Shown here piece by piece: positions 8,801 to 17,488 of a stretch of 29,665 nucleotides of DNA; position 1 is the stretch's first letter; every line of letters starts with the position of its first letter. This DNA is from an uncultured Solirubrobacteraceae bacterium (lineage in GTDB: Bacteria; Actinomycetota; Thermoleophilia; Solirubrobacterales; Solirubrobacteraceae), in the NCBI GenBank assembly GCA_964642225.1, contig CAZXNX010000002.1:1-29665 (forward strand), written 5' to 3'. Both the position numbers and the translations under genes were made by a program. The notes under the pieces were generated by a model. That model had not been told where the DNA came from. It was given only the letters and a program-made list of their open reading frames with translations, and did no database searches.

Positions 8801-9787
8801 CAGGAAGCTCTGGGGCGAGGTGCACGGGGCGTCCGGTGCGCCGTCGAGGTGGCAGGTGACGTCCAGGCCCGAGCTCGGCGCGGCGTCGGTGGCCGTGTAC
8901 GTGATCGTCTGGCTCGTCGACGTGGTCAGCGGGCCCGCGGAATGCGAGGTGATCGAGACGGCGGGCGACGCGACGTCAGGCCCGGTCTGGAAGTTGTAGC
9001 GGTCGCTGCTGCCGCTGACGCCGATGCGCACGTCGTCCAGGTACCCGATGAAGTTGTCCCATGCGCTCGGCGTGCCGCGCTGCCCGACGAGGAAGCTGAT
9101 GCCGCCGTTGTACGGCTGGCCGCTCAGCTCGTTGCCGGCGGGGAGGATCTTGGCGTTGGCGAAGTTCGAGCCCAGAGCCGCCGCCAGGCTGCAGTTGCAC
9201 TGCGGCCCGCCGCCCACGATCCACCAGCCGGACTGGGTCAGCGCGTTCCAGGTCTGCCAGGTGCTCTGCAGCACGGTGCTGCCGGTGTGGCCCGGCTCGA
9301 AGACGGCGATCCCGTCGAGGACGTTGTCGTTGTCGTAGTCGAGCGGGATGTTGATCGAGACGTCGAGGTCCCCGGCCAGCGGGGACTGCACGTAGGCCTG
9401 GTAGGACAGCTCGGTCAGGTCGGAGACCTTCGTGCCGGCGAGCGAGTCGTTGAAGACGAAGCCCTTGCCGCCCTTGAGGAAGACGCCGCCGAGGCCGCCG
9501 TCCACCAGCGCGGGCGCGCCGGTCGTGAGCTGCTGGGCGCTGTCCCCGAGACCGCCGCTGGGAGAGGCCGTCGCCCCGACCGTGGCGTTGTTGCGCGCCT
9601 CGCCCTTCCAGACGCTGTCCGGCAGGCCGCCGACCACGACATTGGCCGCGGACGCACCGGTGGCGCCGATCCCCATGAGCACGAGCGCGCTGGACGCGAT
9701 GAGCGCAGCGCGGCGGAGGGTGCGTCGGGAGCGGAACGACGGTGAATCGGACACGGATCTCGAGACTGTTGGGAAGCCGAATGGCAT
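5825..9787 (-). CDS. Large secreted/surface protein: N-terminal beta domain, about 5 Ig-like domains, two LamG/ConA-like domains, Pro/Thr/Gly linker, Lys/Ala tail
   Basis: Signal peptide RRAALIASSALVLMGIGATGASA. Ig repeats CxLDGx5C...G-H-TF-V...D-VGN. LamG motifs AY(F/Y)RLD..., W(Y)HV..TWNG, G.IDEV.YY. Alternative start GTG 9754. Confidence 0.88.
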   Translation of the reverse strand: MPFGFPTVSRSVSDSPSFRSRRTLRRAALIASSALVLMGIGATGASAANVVVGGLPDSVWKGEARNNATVGATASPSGGLGDSAQQLTTGAPALVDGGLGGVFLKGGKGFVFNDSLAGTKVSDLTELSYQAYVQSPLAGDLDVSINIPLDYDNDNVLDGIAVFEPGHTGSTVLQSTWQTWNALTQSGWWIVGGGPQCNCSLAAALGSNFANAKILPAGNELSGQPYNGGISFLVGQRGTPSAWDNFIGYLDDVRIGVSGSSDRYNFQTGPDVASPAVSITSHSAGPLTTSTSQTITYTATDAAPSSGLDVTCHLDGAPDAPCTSPQSFLGLADGPHTFTVTGTDWVGNTASDTYNWTVDTVAPTVTIDTHPVSIDNHTSADFTFTANDPAPSSGSTVTCKLDGGSFAPCDSNSAHHLAGLSQGNHTFTVKITDAVGHTDSASYSWVVDTVNPTTSITSHPANPTASTVANFGFTGADGGSGINHFECRRDGGSWSTCTSVNLGTATEGHRTFEVRAVDNAGNVDGSPATFNWLVDLTDPTVTVISPAARTQDPYSLGDPRQIVNPYYPLHGGPPDYHCDDPDGGSPAGHSGIASCTDNFDNETLGAHEFDAVATDNVGHVTHSKNVTPRAYRIVPPKYDTFVKADGPTAYFRLDDPLGASVDGMADSSGNGFTGTHQNGVVLRRPPALKCEDWKNPHHHPDSWCDPYNYKNQGYSAFYDGYADHSYVNNVPQAGSWDENGHHITESFSADAWGFPVGDGSGHPQGTLGLMSHGQEFEVYYDSSGRWHARLVNGTELVSSAMPSDRWYHVGVTWNGSTVRLYVNGNLVDSRSGVTNAWSGHGNRDTLFVGRTNISASAWWHGYIDEVAYYNNRVLSQHDMHDRWKIGASDEPGGAGAGVLDMTRPTIDTDEPSQGATYNSNAKTLPNPPHADWSCDDPDGAGTVNQCTATVDGVPINQGDLLPLTPGTHDFRVYATNVNGLFYEHHHTYVVKPFDQIVLGDQPESYYRLDEPTDAHDVNDATGRHAGEYKNDTANGPTGISGDGNTTRSFLGKGGYVYVNGVPAGNLSYSVEAWVKPDDHGDMAIFDHGAGGSAPALFLRGGRVVLHLPDGGPDPFGSRELVSGAFPYDGEFHQVAATWDGVTAKLFVDGHVVDSRETTRTPSGTSTLYVGFGNVGLSQPWFRGAIDEVSYYRTALTDQRILEHWMADPPEYTERTSTPQPSGGGGSTTAEETPGSGQYTDPFQEQPGTTQAPSGTGQPPATTDKPATTKKPLTAKQKAAAKKKAAAKKRAAAKKKAAAKRKAAAKKKAAAKRKAAAKKRR
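5831..5956 (-). repeat. Seven tandem 18-bp coding repeats encoding AAAK(K/R)(K/R)
   Basis: AAAKKK AAAKKR AAAKKK AAAKRK AAAKKK AAAKRK AAAKKR at the extreme C-terminus. Confidence 0.95.
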
Positions 9788-9821
9788 CGCTCCGCGGCCG
9801 GAGGGGTGCCAGATACGCGCC

Positions 9822-9850
9822 AGCCTACGCTCATTCCGCTCTCATACCAA
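9822..9850 (-). promoter_or_regulatory. Sigma-A-like promoter of the Ig/LamG gene
   Basis: TTGGTA-N17-TAGGCT on the minus strand. Confidence 0.55.
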
Positions 9851-10090
9851 GTCCAACATTCGTCCAGCAAAGCGTTCGGGAGTTATGAACCCGGCGCCGC
9901 ATGGCCAGCGCGACAAAGCTGGGTGTCGACGTGCCACAAATCGGTCCTTCGTGCGCGGACGCGCCTTCGAGACCCTTCGGGCGACGGAGAACCGCTGCGA
10001 GCCGGCGCTCCAGAGGCGCTGAGACCCCATTTTCCACAATTTCACTGGGAAAACACTGGCGACACGCCAGAATCGCGCTACCTTCCGCGC

Positions 10091-10252
10091 ATGCGCAGCG
10101 CCGAGCGTCCACGTCGAAGGCTCCCCGGGTTCGTGATCACCCTGCTCAGCCCGCTGTTTCGCCACTCGATGGGCCGGGACGCCTACGTCCTGCGCGGCGT
10201 CGGCAACCGCTTCGGGCCGGTGCTGAAGCGACGGCGCAACACCAATGCGTAG
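10091..10252 (+). CDS. Small basic hypothetical protein, 53 aa
   Basis: MRSAERPRRRLPGFVITLLSPLFRHSMGRDAYVLRGVGNRFGPVLKRRRNTNA; 46 of 53 codons end in G/C; TACCTT -10 exactly 6 nt before ATG. Confidence 0.65.
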   Translation: MRSAERPRRRLPGFVITLLSPLFRHSMGRDAYVLRGVGNRFGPVLKRRRNTNA

Positions 10253-10296
10253 CGCGAGTCCCTGCGCTCCGTGCCGCGCGAATATGCTGCGGAGCA

Positions 10297-11082
10297 ATGG
10301 TTCCTGAGTCCATTCGACGCATTGCCAAGCGGGCGGCGCCGAGCCACATGGCGGACCGAGCCCGACGGCACGAGCGCGACCTTCGACAACGAGAAGGCAT
10401 AACGGCCCTCGCACACCGAATGATCGGGCCAAGCACTTTTGCGACCGTGGCTCGGGGGCCCGTTGCCGGCCTGCGCTACCCGACCTCCCGAATCGCGGAC
10501 GTCGATACGCCGTTAGGCAAGCTGCTCGGCGTCTACGAGCATGAAATCGCGGCGCTCTTCACGCGGCCCGGCGTCGGTCCATTTATTGATGTTGGATGCG
10601 CAGACGGCTATTACGCGGTTGGGATGCCCGTGGCCAACCCGGGCATGCCGTCCTACGCATTCGATCTTGCGTCGTCTGCCCGCGAGCTGTGCTCGACAAT
10701 GGCTGAGCTCAACGGGGTTGCAGGATCGGTGAGTGTTGGGGGGCGATTCAGTCTGTCCGCGCTCCGCCACATCCCCCACAGCCGCGCACTCGTCCTCATA
10801 GACATCGAAGGCGGGGAAGGTGCCTTGCTTTCGCGGGGAATGGCCAAGGAGTTGCAGACATGCACCGTGGTCGTCGAGGTGCATGAATTCATGGCACCAG
10901 GTACGCAAGCCGCTCTAGATGAGTCGTTTCGCGAGACTCACCGCGAACCACGCATCTACCGTCAGTCACCGCCGCAAGAACCGCCGGAAATCGCGAACTG
11001 GACCGCCCCTGAGAGGGAGCGGGCTCTGCACGAATTCCGGCCTTCTGAATTGTGGTGGGCATGCTACGAACCACTTGACTGA
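10297..11082 (+). CDS. SAM-dependent methyltransferase, FkbM-like
   Basis: Motif I IDVGCADGYY, YAFD, LVLIDIEGGE, VVEVHE. Start ATG 10297 (TATGCT 8 nt upstream) or 10348. Confidence 0.75.
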   Translation: MVPESIRRIAKRAAPSHMADRARRHERDLRQREGITALAHRMIGPSTFATVARGPVAGLRYPTSRIADVDTPLGKLLGVYEHEIAALFTRPGVGPFIDVGCADGYYAVGMPVANPGMPSYAFDLASSARELCSTMAELNGVAGSVSVGGRFSLSALRHIPHSRALVLIDIEGGEGALLSRGMAKELQTCTVVVEVHEFMAPGTQAALDESFRETHREPRIYRQSPPQEPPEIANWTAPERERALHEFRPSELWWACYEPLD

Positions 11083-11193
11083 CCGTTACAAACCGCCGCC
11101 CGATGACCCGAGACCGCTCGGAGCGCTGTGGACCAGGATGGTCCGTTTGCCACGTGGGCGCCTTTGCTGGATGAACGCAGATACCCTGCGCCC

Positions 11194-12810
11194 ATGTCCA
11201 CGCCCTCTGAAGAACGCCTCACCGTCGCCCCCATCGTGGGCCCGGACGATCCCCGCAAGTTCACCGACTCGGGCATCGAGATCAAGCCGCTCTACACCGA
11301 GGCCGATCTCCCGGAGAACCTCGACCTCGGCAACCCCGGCGAGTTCCCCTACACGCGCGGGCCGCACGCCGAGATGTACCGCAAGCAGCAGTGGACGATG
11401 CGCCAGTACGCGGGCTACGCGAGCGCCAAGGAGTCCAACGAGCGCTACCGCTACCTGCTGTCCAAGGGCTCCACGGGCCTGTCGATGGCCTTCGACCTCC
11501 CCACCCAGCTGGGGCTGGACTCCGATAACCCGCGCTGCCTCGGCGAGGTCGGCCGCACCGGCGTGGCCATCGACACCATCGACGACATGCGCACGGCGTT
11601 CGACCAGATCCCGCTGGATCAGGTGTCGACGTCGATGACCATCAACGCGCCGGCCACCGTGCTGCTGATGCTCTACGAACTCGTCGGCGAGGAGCAGGGC
11701 GTCCCCTCCGAGAAGCTGCGCGGTACCACGCAGAACGACGTGCTCAAGGAGTACATCGCGCGCGGCAACTACATCTACCCGCCCCAGCCCACGATGCGGC
11801 TGACGACGGACCTGTTCGCCTACTGCCACGAGAACATCCCGCGCTGGAACACGGTGTCCATCTCCGGCTACCACTTCCGCGAGAAGGGCTGCTCGGCCGT
11901 GCAGGAGGTGGCCTTCACCCTCTCCAGCGGCATCGCCTACGTGCAGGCGGCCGTCGACGCCGGCCTGCAGGTGGACGACTTCGCCCCGCGCCTGGCCTTC
12001 TTCTTCAACGGCCACAACAACGTCTTCCAGGAGGTCGCCAAGTTCCGTGCGGCCCGGCGGATGTGGGCGCACATCATGCGCGACCGGTTCGGGTCCACGA
12101 ACCCCAAGTCGCAGATGCTGCGCTTCCACACGCAGACGGGCGGCGTGACGCTGACCGCCCAGCAGCCGCTCAACAACGTGGTGCGCGTGGCGCTGCAGGG
12201 CTTCGCCGCGGTGTGCGGCGGCACCCAGTCGCTGCACACCAACGGCTTCGACGAGGCGCTGGCCCTCCCCACCGAGGAGGCCGCCAAGATCGCCCTGCGC
12301 ACCCAGCAGATCCTCGCCGCCGAGTCGGGGGCGACCGAAACGGTCGACCCGTTCGCCGGCTCCTACTACGTGGAGTCGCTCACCGACGAGATCGAGTCGC
12401 GCGCCTACGAGCTGATCGGCAAGGTCGACGCGCTCGGCGGCTCGGTCAACGCGATCGAGTTCATCACCGCCGAGATCGACGAGTCGGCCTGGGGCTACCA
12501 GGAGCGCTACCGCCTCAAACAGGACGTGGTGGTCGGCGTGAACGAGTACGTGGAGGAGGAGCTGCAGGTGCCCGACCTGCTGCGCGTGGACCCCGAGTCC
12601 GAGCGCGAGCAGCTCGACCGCCTGGCCGCCTTCAAGGCCAACCGCGATCAGGAGCTGGTGCAGACCCGGCTGGAGGAGCTGCGCGAAGCGGCCCGCGGCA
12701 CCGACAACCTCGTGCCGTTCATCCGCCAGGCCCTCAAGGACCGCGCCAGCATGGGCGAGGTCTGCGGGGCGATGCAGGACGTGTTCGGGAAGTACGCGCC
12801 GACGTTCTAG
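11194..12810 (+). CDS. Methylmalonyl-CoA mutase large (substrate-binding) subunit, split type lacking the B12-binding domain
   Basis: [47 protein letters not shown]. Ends at 538 aa with no DxHxxG. TACCCT -10 lies 6 nt upstream of ATG 11194. Confidence 0.93.
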   Translation: MSTPSEERLTVAPIVGPDDPRKFTDSGIEIKPLYTEADLPENLDLGNPGEFPYTRGPHAEMYRKQQWTMRQYAGYASAKESNERYRYLLSKGSTGLSMAFDLPTQLGLDSDNPRCLGEVGRTGVAIDTIDDMRTAFDQIPLDQVSTSMTINAPATVLLMLYELVGEEQGVPSEKLRGTTQNDVLKEYIARGNYIYPPQPTMRLTTDLFAYCHENIPRWNTVSISGYHFREKGCSAVQEVAFTLSSGIAYVQAAVDAGLQVDDFAPRLAFFFNGHNNVFQEVAKFRAARRMWAHIMRDRFGSTNPKSQMLRFHTQTGGVTLTAQQPLNNVVRVALQGFAAVCGGTQSLHTNGFDEALALPTEEAAKIALRTQQILAAESGATETVDPFAGSYYVESLTDEIESRAYELIGKVDALGGSVNAIEFITAEIDESAWGYQERYRLKQDVVVGVNEYVEEELQVPDLLRVDPESEREQLDRLAAFKANRDQELVQTRLEELREAARGTDNLVPFIRQALKDRASMGEVCGAMQDVFGKYAPTF

Positions 12811-12875
12811 ACGCCAGCGCCTTGGCGCGCTGACATTCTTCCGCGTCCGACGGCCGCGACGTTAAGGTCGGCGTC

Positions 12876-13346
12876 ATGGCCACCATCCTGTTCTACGACG
12901 TCGTCGTCGCCATCCACGTCGCCGCCATCGTGATGGCCTTCGGCGTGACCTTCGCCTACCCCGTGTTCATCCCCTGGGTGGTGCGCAACCACCCCGAGTC
13001 CCTGCCCGTGATCCACGGCATCCAGGACCGGGTCGGCAAGTACCTCATCACGCCGGCCGCGACCATCGCGCTCCTCGCGGGCGTGTACCTGGCCTCCGAC
13101 CGCGACTACTGGAAGCAGCCCTGGGTGACCATCCCGCTGGTGATCCTCGTCGTGCTGCTCGGCATGGGCGGCGCCTTCTTCTCCCCGCGCGAGCGCAAGC
13201 TGGCGGAGCTGGCCAAGCGCGACGGCCCCAACCTCTCGGAGGAGTACTACGCCACCGCCCGCCCCGTGGCGATCGGCGGCGCCATCGCCAGCTTCCTGGT
13301 CCTGGTGGCGATCTTCATGATGATCGTGAAGCCGTTCACGGCGTAG
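12876..13346 (+). CDS. DUF2269-like 4-TM membrane protein (copy 1)
   Basis: Four hydrophobic segments, TM1 His (AIHV), GVYLAS, W-V, terminal MIVKP; TAAGGT -10 7 nt upstream. Confidence 0.75.
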   Translation: MATILFYDVVVAIHVAAIVMAFGVTFAYPVFIPWVVRNHPESLPVIHGIQDRVGKYLITPAATIALLAGVYLASDRDYWKQPWVTIPLVILVVLLGMGGAFFSPRERKLAELAKRDGPNLSEEYYATARPVAIGGAIASFLVLVAIFMMIVKPFTA

Positions 13347-13362
13347 GAGACGCCCTCCGGGA

Positions 13363-16300
13363 TCACCGCCCACTGGACGAGCGCTGCTTGGGCGCCTTGA
13401 CGGTCAGGCTGCGGGTCGGGCCGATGTTGCCGGCGAGATCCACGGCGCGGATGCTCAGGTACTGCGTCCTCTTCAGCACGCTGCCGGAGAGCACGATCTT
13501 CTGGGTCGTGCCGGCGGCGGCGGGCTTGGGGACCTTGATGCTGCGGGCGTTGGTGCCCTTGGGGCTGGTCGAGCGCCACGCCTCGAAGTGGCCGGCGCGG
13601 CCGACGACGCCGTCGTTGCCGGGGGCGCGGAAGCGGATCGTCACCTTGGAGCCGGAGCGCTTGACCTTCAGGCCCGCCACCAGCGCCGGGCGCCGGGTGT
13701 CCAGGCCCCACTGGTTGGTGTTGCGCTCGTCGTGATGGAAGTGCCACCACTGGTCGTTGGTCTCCGGCGCACCCTGGGTGTTCCACTGGAAGAGGTAGCC
13801 CTCGCGGGTGCCGTAGGCCACGCGAAGCTTCCCGTCGAACTTCGGGTCGCTGATCACGCCGCTGAAGGACGGCCACTGCCCGACGTACTTGGGGAAGCCG
13901 GGGGCCTCCGTGCCGTCGGGCTGGTAGGCGTGGATCCAGGAGGAGTCGTTGGCCTCCACCGCGGCGCGCTGGGAGGTGGCGGGGGTGGTCTGCAGGCCGG
14001 CCACGAGCGGGGCGTCGAAGAAGCTGAAGCCGTCCTGGCGGGCCGGGAAGCCGGGGATCACGTTGCCGGTGGCGACGTCCCACGCCTTCTCGTAGGACTG
14101 GCCCAGCGCCGCCTCGCCGGCGGTCGAGCCGCCGACCGCGCCCTGGGTGGAGATGGCGCCGACCACGCTCTGCACGAAGTTCGGGGCGCCGGTGCCGAGC
14201 AGGTCGCCCGCGCCGCCCTGGCCCGTGATGGTGGCGGTGAGGCCGTCGCCGGGGAAGTAGGGCGGGTTGGCCTTGCAGGCGTCGCTGGCGCAGGCCAGCG
14301 ACAGGCCGCGCACGATCGAGCCATCGCCGGCGATCACCTGGGGGCTGTTGCCGACCGAGGAGGCGACCACCCGGTTCTTGCCCTCCACCGGCATGATCAC
14401 CGGCGGGCTGACGCCCTCCTCGACGAAGTCGATGGAGTCGGAGTAGCAGCCCACCAGCGACTTCAGGTTGACCGGCCAGCCCGCCAGGTAGGGGCCGCCG
14501 GGGTGGTTGTTGCCGTCGGGGTGGATGCCGTAGGCGAAGGTGGCGTCCTTGTCCTCGGCGCAGTCGAAGCCGCCGACGAACACCTGCGGGTGGCCGGTGC
14601 CGAGCACGTCGCCGACGCCGACGGAGTACATGAGCTTGGGGTCGCGGATGAGCTTGGCCGGGTCGGCCCCGGCCTTGGCCAGCGCCTCCTCGGTCGGCTT
14701 GATCTCCACCGGCCAGCCGGGGACCGGGCGGCCCGTGGACTTCCACGCGTACACGTGGCCGTCGAACGCGCTCATGAGGATCTCGAGCTTGCCGTCGCCG
14801 TCGAGGTCGCTCAGGACCGGCGGGGACCAGTTGCCGCGGGCCGGGAAGCGGCTGCCGTTGGTGGCGGTGCGGGGCGTGGGCACCGCCAGGGAGGCGTACT
14901 CCTTGGGGGTGCGCACCGGGAAGCCGGGCAGCGCCTTGCCGGTGTTGTCCCACGCGTACACGTAGGCGTTGTTGGTGGTGGCGACGATGTCGAGGCTGCC
15001 GTCGCGGTTGAGATCGCCGACCGCGGTGCCGGAGATCGGGTCGCGCACGTCGCGCAGCTTGGGGTCCTTGTAGGACTCCGCGGGGAAGTTCTCCGGGTTG
15101 TCCGGGTCGACCTTGCTGAGCTTCCACGTCTTCTTGGGGAAGCCGGGGACGGAGGTGCTGTCGGGGCGCGTGACGCGCAGCTCGCCGTCGGCGGTGCCGA
15201 CCACGAGGTCCTGCTCGTGGCGGCCCTCCACGTCGGCGTAGGTGGTGCCGCCGGCCGGCTCGCCGCCGAGCTTGGTGGGGGTGCGGTTGACGAGCGTCGG
15301 GTCGGTGCGGGCGGTGAACGTGCGGCGGTCCTCGGCCTTGAGGCCGTTGCCGTCCAGGGCGCGGATGCGCAGGGTCACGGCGTAGTTCTGCGGGCCGTTG
15401 GGGGTGTTGGTGTTGGACGGGGCCTTGGCCGCGTAGTCCTTGGGGATGTCCTTGAGGTTCAGCGTCCCCAGCAGGCCGGTCTTGGCGCCCTTGCCCGTGG
15501 AGATGGTGTGGAAGTCGCTGTCCTTGGGGTCGGCGCCCGTGGCCCACTCGACCGTCCACGTCACGCCCTGGGACTTCCAGGCGGCCGGCTGGATGTAGCC
15601 GGTGACCGGGAGGGTCTTCTGCACGGCCGGGTCCACGTAGGCGTACCACTCCGGCGCCTCGAACTCGGTGGTCGGCGGGACGATGCCGCTCTTGACCAGC
15701 GCGGTGGCGGCGCCCAGGTCGATGCGGCCGTAGCCGTACTGGGTCGACCAGTTGGTGTGGGTGTCGTCGGTGGCGCTGTCGGGGTTGCCCGGCCACTGCT
15801 TGGCGACGTCGGGTGCCTGCGTCTGCGGCACCACGGCGCTGGCCGTGTTCATCAGCGCCTGGCGCACCTCGTTGGGGGTGTAGGCGCGCGGGATGGTGCC
15901 GGCGTCCTTGGCGTTCAGCGCGGCGGACTGCACCATCGCCAGCAGGCCGGCCATGAACGGCGTGGCCCCGGACGTGGTGGTCTGCATCCCGGAGAAGACG
16001 TGGTGGGGGCCGTAGCTCGTGACGTTGGAGCGGGCCCGGAACCACTTGGTGGTCGCCGTCTTCTGCTTGTTGTCGTTGGTGACGACACTGTTGCCCGGGA
16101 TGGCGTGCGGATAGAGCATCCCGTCCGTGTGGTCGGTCGAGTCGAAGTCGTTGGAGTCGAAGGACAGCAGGATGCCCTTCCTGTTGGCGTACTCCACGGC
16201 GTCGCGGCCGTAGCTGGAGTACTGGTAGGAGACGACGACCGAGCTGATGACCTTCACGCCCAGGTTGGCCCCGTAGAGGAGCGCCTCGGCCCACTTGTTG

Positions 16301-17325
16301 CTGAGGCCCAGGCACTCGGCGCCCTGCTTGATCGGGACGATGCGGCAGTCCGGGCAGGTGCCGATCTTGTTGTAGCCGTCGTTGCGCTGGGCGACCGTCT
16401 CGGCGATCAGGCTCGAGGCGTGGCCGTAGTCGGCGTCCTCCGTCTGCGGGTCGTTGGTGTTGCGCGCGACGTTCCAGCCGCTGATGTCGTTCGGGTAGCC
16501 GTTGGCGTCGTTGTCGAACTTGCCCTTGGACGGGCAGTCGCCGAGCTTGCCGGCCGTCACCTTGCAGTGGCCGAACACGGCGATGAGGTCCTCGGGCGAG
16601 AGGTAGGCCTTCTTGGTGTTGGCGATCTTCACCGTGTTGAGGTAGTCGTGCTGCCCGTCGGCCGCGCAGCCGCGGGTGGTGCCCTCGTCGAAGGCGGTGA
16701 AGGGCGCGGTGCCGGACGGGCACTGCGGGTTGACGCGCGGGTCCTGCGCGTAGTCGCGGATGTCGAAGCGGCCGTTGCCATCGAAGTCCAGCCGGCCACG
16801 GTCCTGCCCGTCCTCGCCCTGGGGGAAGGGCGACTCGCCGGGGTTGAGGTAGATGTTGTTGAGGCCGTCCTTGATGCTGTCGGCGCTGTAGTTGACGCCG
16901 CCCTCGATGTAGCCGATGAGCACGTCGTCGCGGCCCCAGTTGCCCTGGGCCCACGCGCCGGTCGCGTTGATGCCGGCGGCGTGCTGGGGGTCCTTGGCGT
17001 TGACGGCCCAGCACGGCAGGCCGCCGTCGGGGTGCGGCTGGTCGGCCACGTTGGAGCCGGGGGCCTTGCAGGTGTCGCCGGCGAGGCGCCCGTAGAGGTC
17101 CCACTGCTCGCTGCCGCCGCAGTTGGTGTTGGGGTCCTTGTCCTCGCAGTTCGCCAGGGCGGGATCGTTGGGCCAGTCCTGCGGGGCGAGCACCGCGGAG
17201 CTGTCGGGGACGAAGGCGCGCGGGGCGCTCTTGGCGCCTGCGCTCATCCCCACCACGGCGCCGAGCGCCAGCAGCATCGCCGCGACGACGCCGATCTTCA
17301 TCCCAGCCACAACAACCCCTCGCAT
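13363..17325 (-). CDS. Secreted S8 (subtilase) family peptidase with FG-GAP/VCBS repeats and C-terminal beta-sandwich, 1320 aa
   Basis: SD GGGGAG before ATG 17325; signal peptide; PNDP..QW, GINA..AW, YIEGGVNY, DNDANGYPNDISGW, YGHAS, FDSND, TTSGATPFMAG, YGYGRID; repeats GDLNRDGSLDIV, SDLDGDGKLEIL, GDVLGTG, GDLLGTG. Confidence 0.88.
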   Translation of the reverse strand: MRGVVVAGMKIGVVAAMLLALGAVVGMSAGAKSAPRAFVPDSSAVLAPQDWPNDPALANCEDKDPNTNCGGSEQWDLYGRLAGDTCKAPGSNVADQPHPDGGLPCWAVNAKDPQHAAGINATGAWAQGNWGRDDVLIGYIEGGVNYSADSIKDGLNNIYLNPGESPFPQGEDGQDRGRLDFDGNGRFDIRDYAQDPRVNPQCPSGTAPFTAFDEGTTRGCAADGQHDYLNTVKIANTKKAYLSPEDLIAVFGHCKVTAGKLGDCPSKGKFDNDANGYPNDISGWNVARNTNDPQTEDADYGHASSLIAETVAQRNDGYNKIGTCPDCRIVPIKQGAECLGLSNKWAEALLYGANLGVKVISSVVVSYQYSSYGRDAVEYANRKGILLSFDSNDFDSTDHTDGMLYPHAIPGNSVVTNDNKQKTATTKWFRARSNVTSYGPHHVFSGMQTTTSGATPFMAGLLAMVQSAALNAKDAGTIPRAYTPNEVRQALMNTASAVVPQTQAPDVAKQWPGNPDSATDDTHTNWSTQYGYGRIDLGAATALVKSGIVPPTTEFEAPEWYAYVDPAVQKTLPVTGYIQPAAWKSQGVTWTVEWATGADPKDSDFHTISTGKGAKTGLLGTLNLKDIPKDYAAKAPSNTNTPNGPQNYAVTLRIRALDGNGLKAEDRRTFTARTDPTLVNRTPTKLGGEPAGGTTYADVEGRHEQDLVVGTADGELRVTRPDSTSVPGFPKKTWKLSKVDPDNPENFPAESYKDPKLRDVRDPISGTAVGDLNRDGSLDIVATTNNAYVYAWDNTGKALPGFPVRTPKEYASLAVPTPRTATNGSRFPARGNWSPPVLSDLDGDGKLEILMSAFDGHVYAWKSTGRPVPGWPVEIKPTEEALAKAGADPAKLIRDPKLMYSVGVGDVLGTGHPQVFVGGFDCAEDKDATFAYGIHPDGNNHPGGPYLAGWPVNLKSLVGCYSDSIDFVEEGVSPPVIMPVEGKNRVVASSVGNSPQVIAGDGSIVRGLSLACASDACKANPPYFPGDGLTATITGQGGAGDLLGTGAPNFVQSVVGAISTQGAVGGSTAGEAALGQSYEKAWDVATGNVIPGFPARQDGFSFFDAPLVAGLQTTPATSQRAAVEANDSSWIHAYQPDGTEAPGFPKYVGQWPSFSGVISDPKFDGKLRVAYGTREGYLFQWNTQGAPETNDQWWHFHHDERNTNQWGLDTRRPALVAGLKVKRSGSKVTIRFRAPGNDGVVGRAGHFEAWRSTSPKGTNARSIKVPKPAAAGTTQKIVLSGSVLKRTQYLSIRAVDLAGNIGPTRSLTVKAPKQRSSSGR

Positions 17326-17488
17326 GTGCCTTCTCCCCCTGACCGGCCCTGTTTCTCCCTGCTGGCCGCGCGAGGAAGCTACAGCAGCGGCGATCGGCGA
17401 GGCAACGTCGAACCCGCACGGTGTGCGAATCGCTCCGGGAGGTTGTGAGGACTCCCAATCGCCGACCGGCCGACTAGGCTGACAAACC

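Noticed and set aside
10030-10038. TTTTCCACA DnaA box / oriC
   Set aside because: Single box, no cluster or DUE, no dnaA/dnaN nearby.
5825-17325. The Ig/LamG gene and the subtilase gene are both 3963 nt
   Set aside because: No sequence similarity and the length depends on start choice; coincidence.
13247-17458. Very long alternative ORFs (13247..17458-, 13588..17448+, and similarly 1907..3967+, 5819..8212+, 25626..27893-)
   Set aside because: Arg/Gly/Ala-rich, motif-free products expected from stop-codon scarcity opposite or alongside high-GC3 genes.
17392-17467. Three-stem structure with GGCAAC, possible SAM-type riboswitch or sRNA
   Set aside because: Short GC stems are expected by chance, the SAM-I/IV core is missing, and it lies upstream of both predicted -10 elements.
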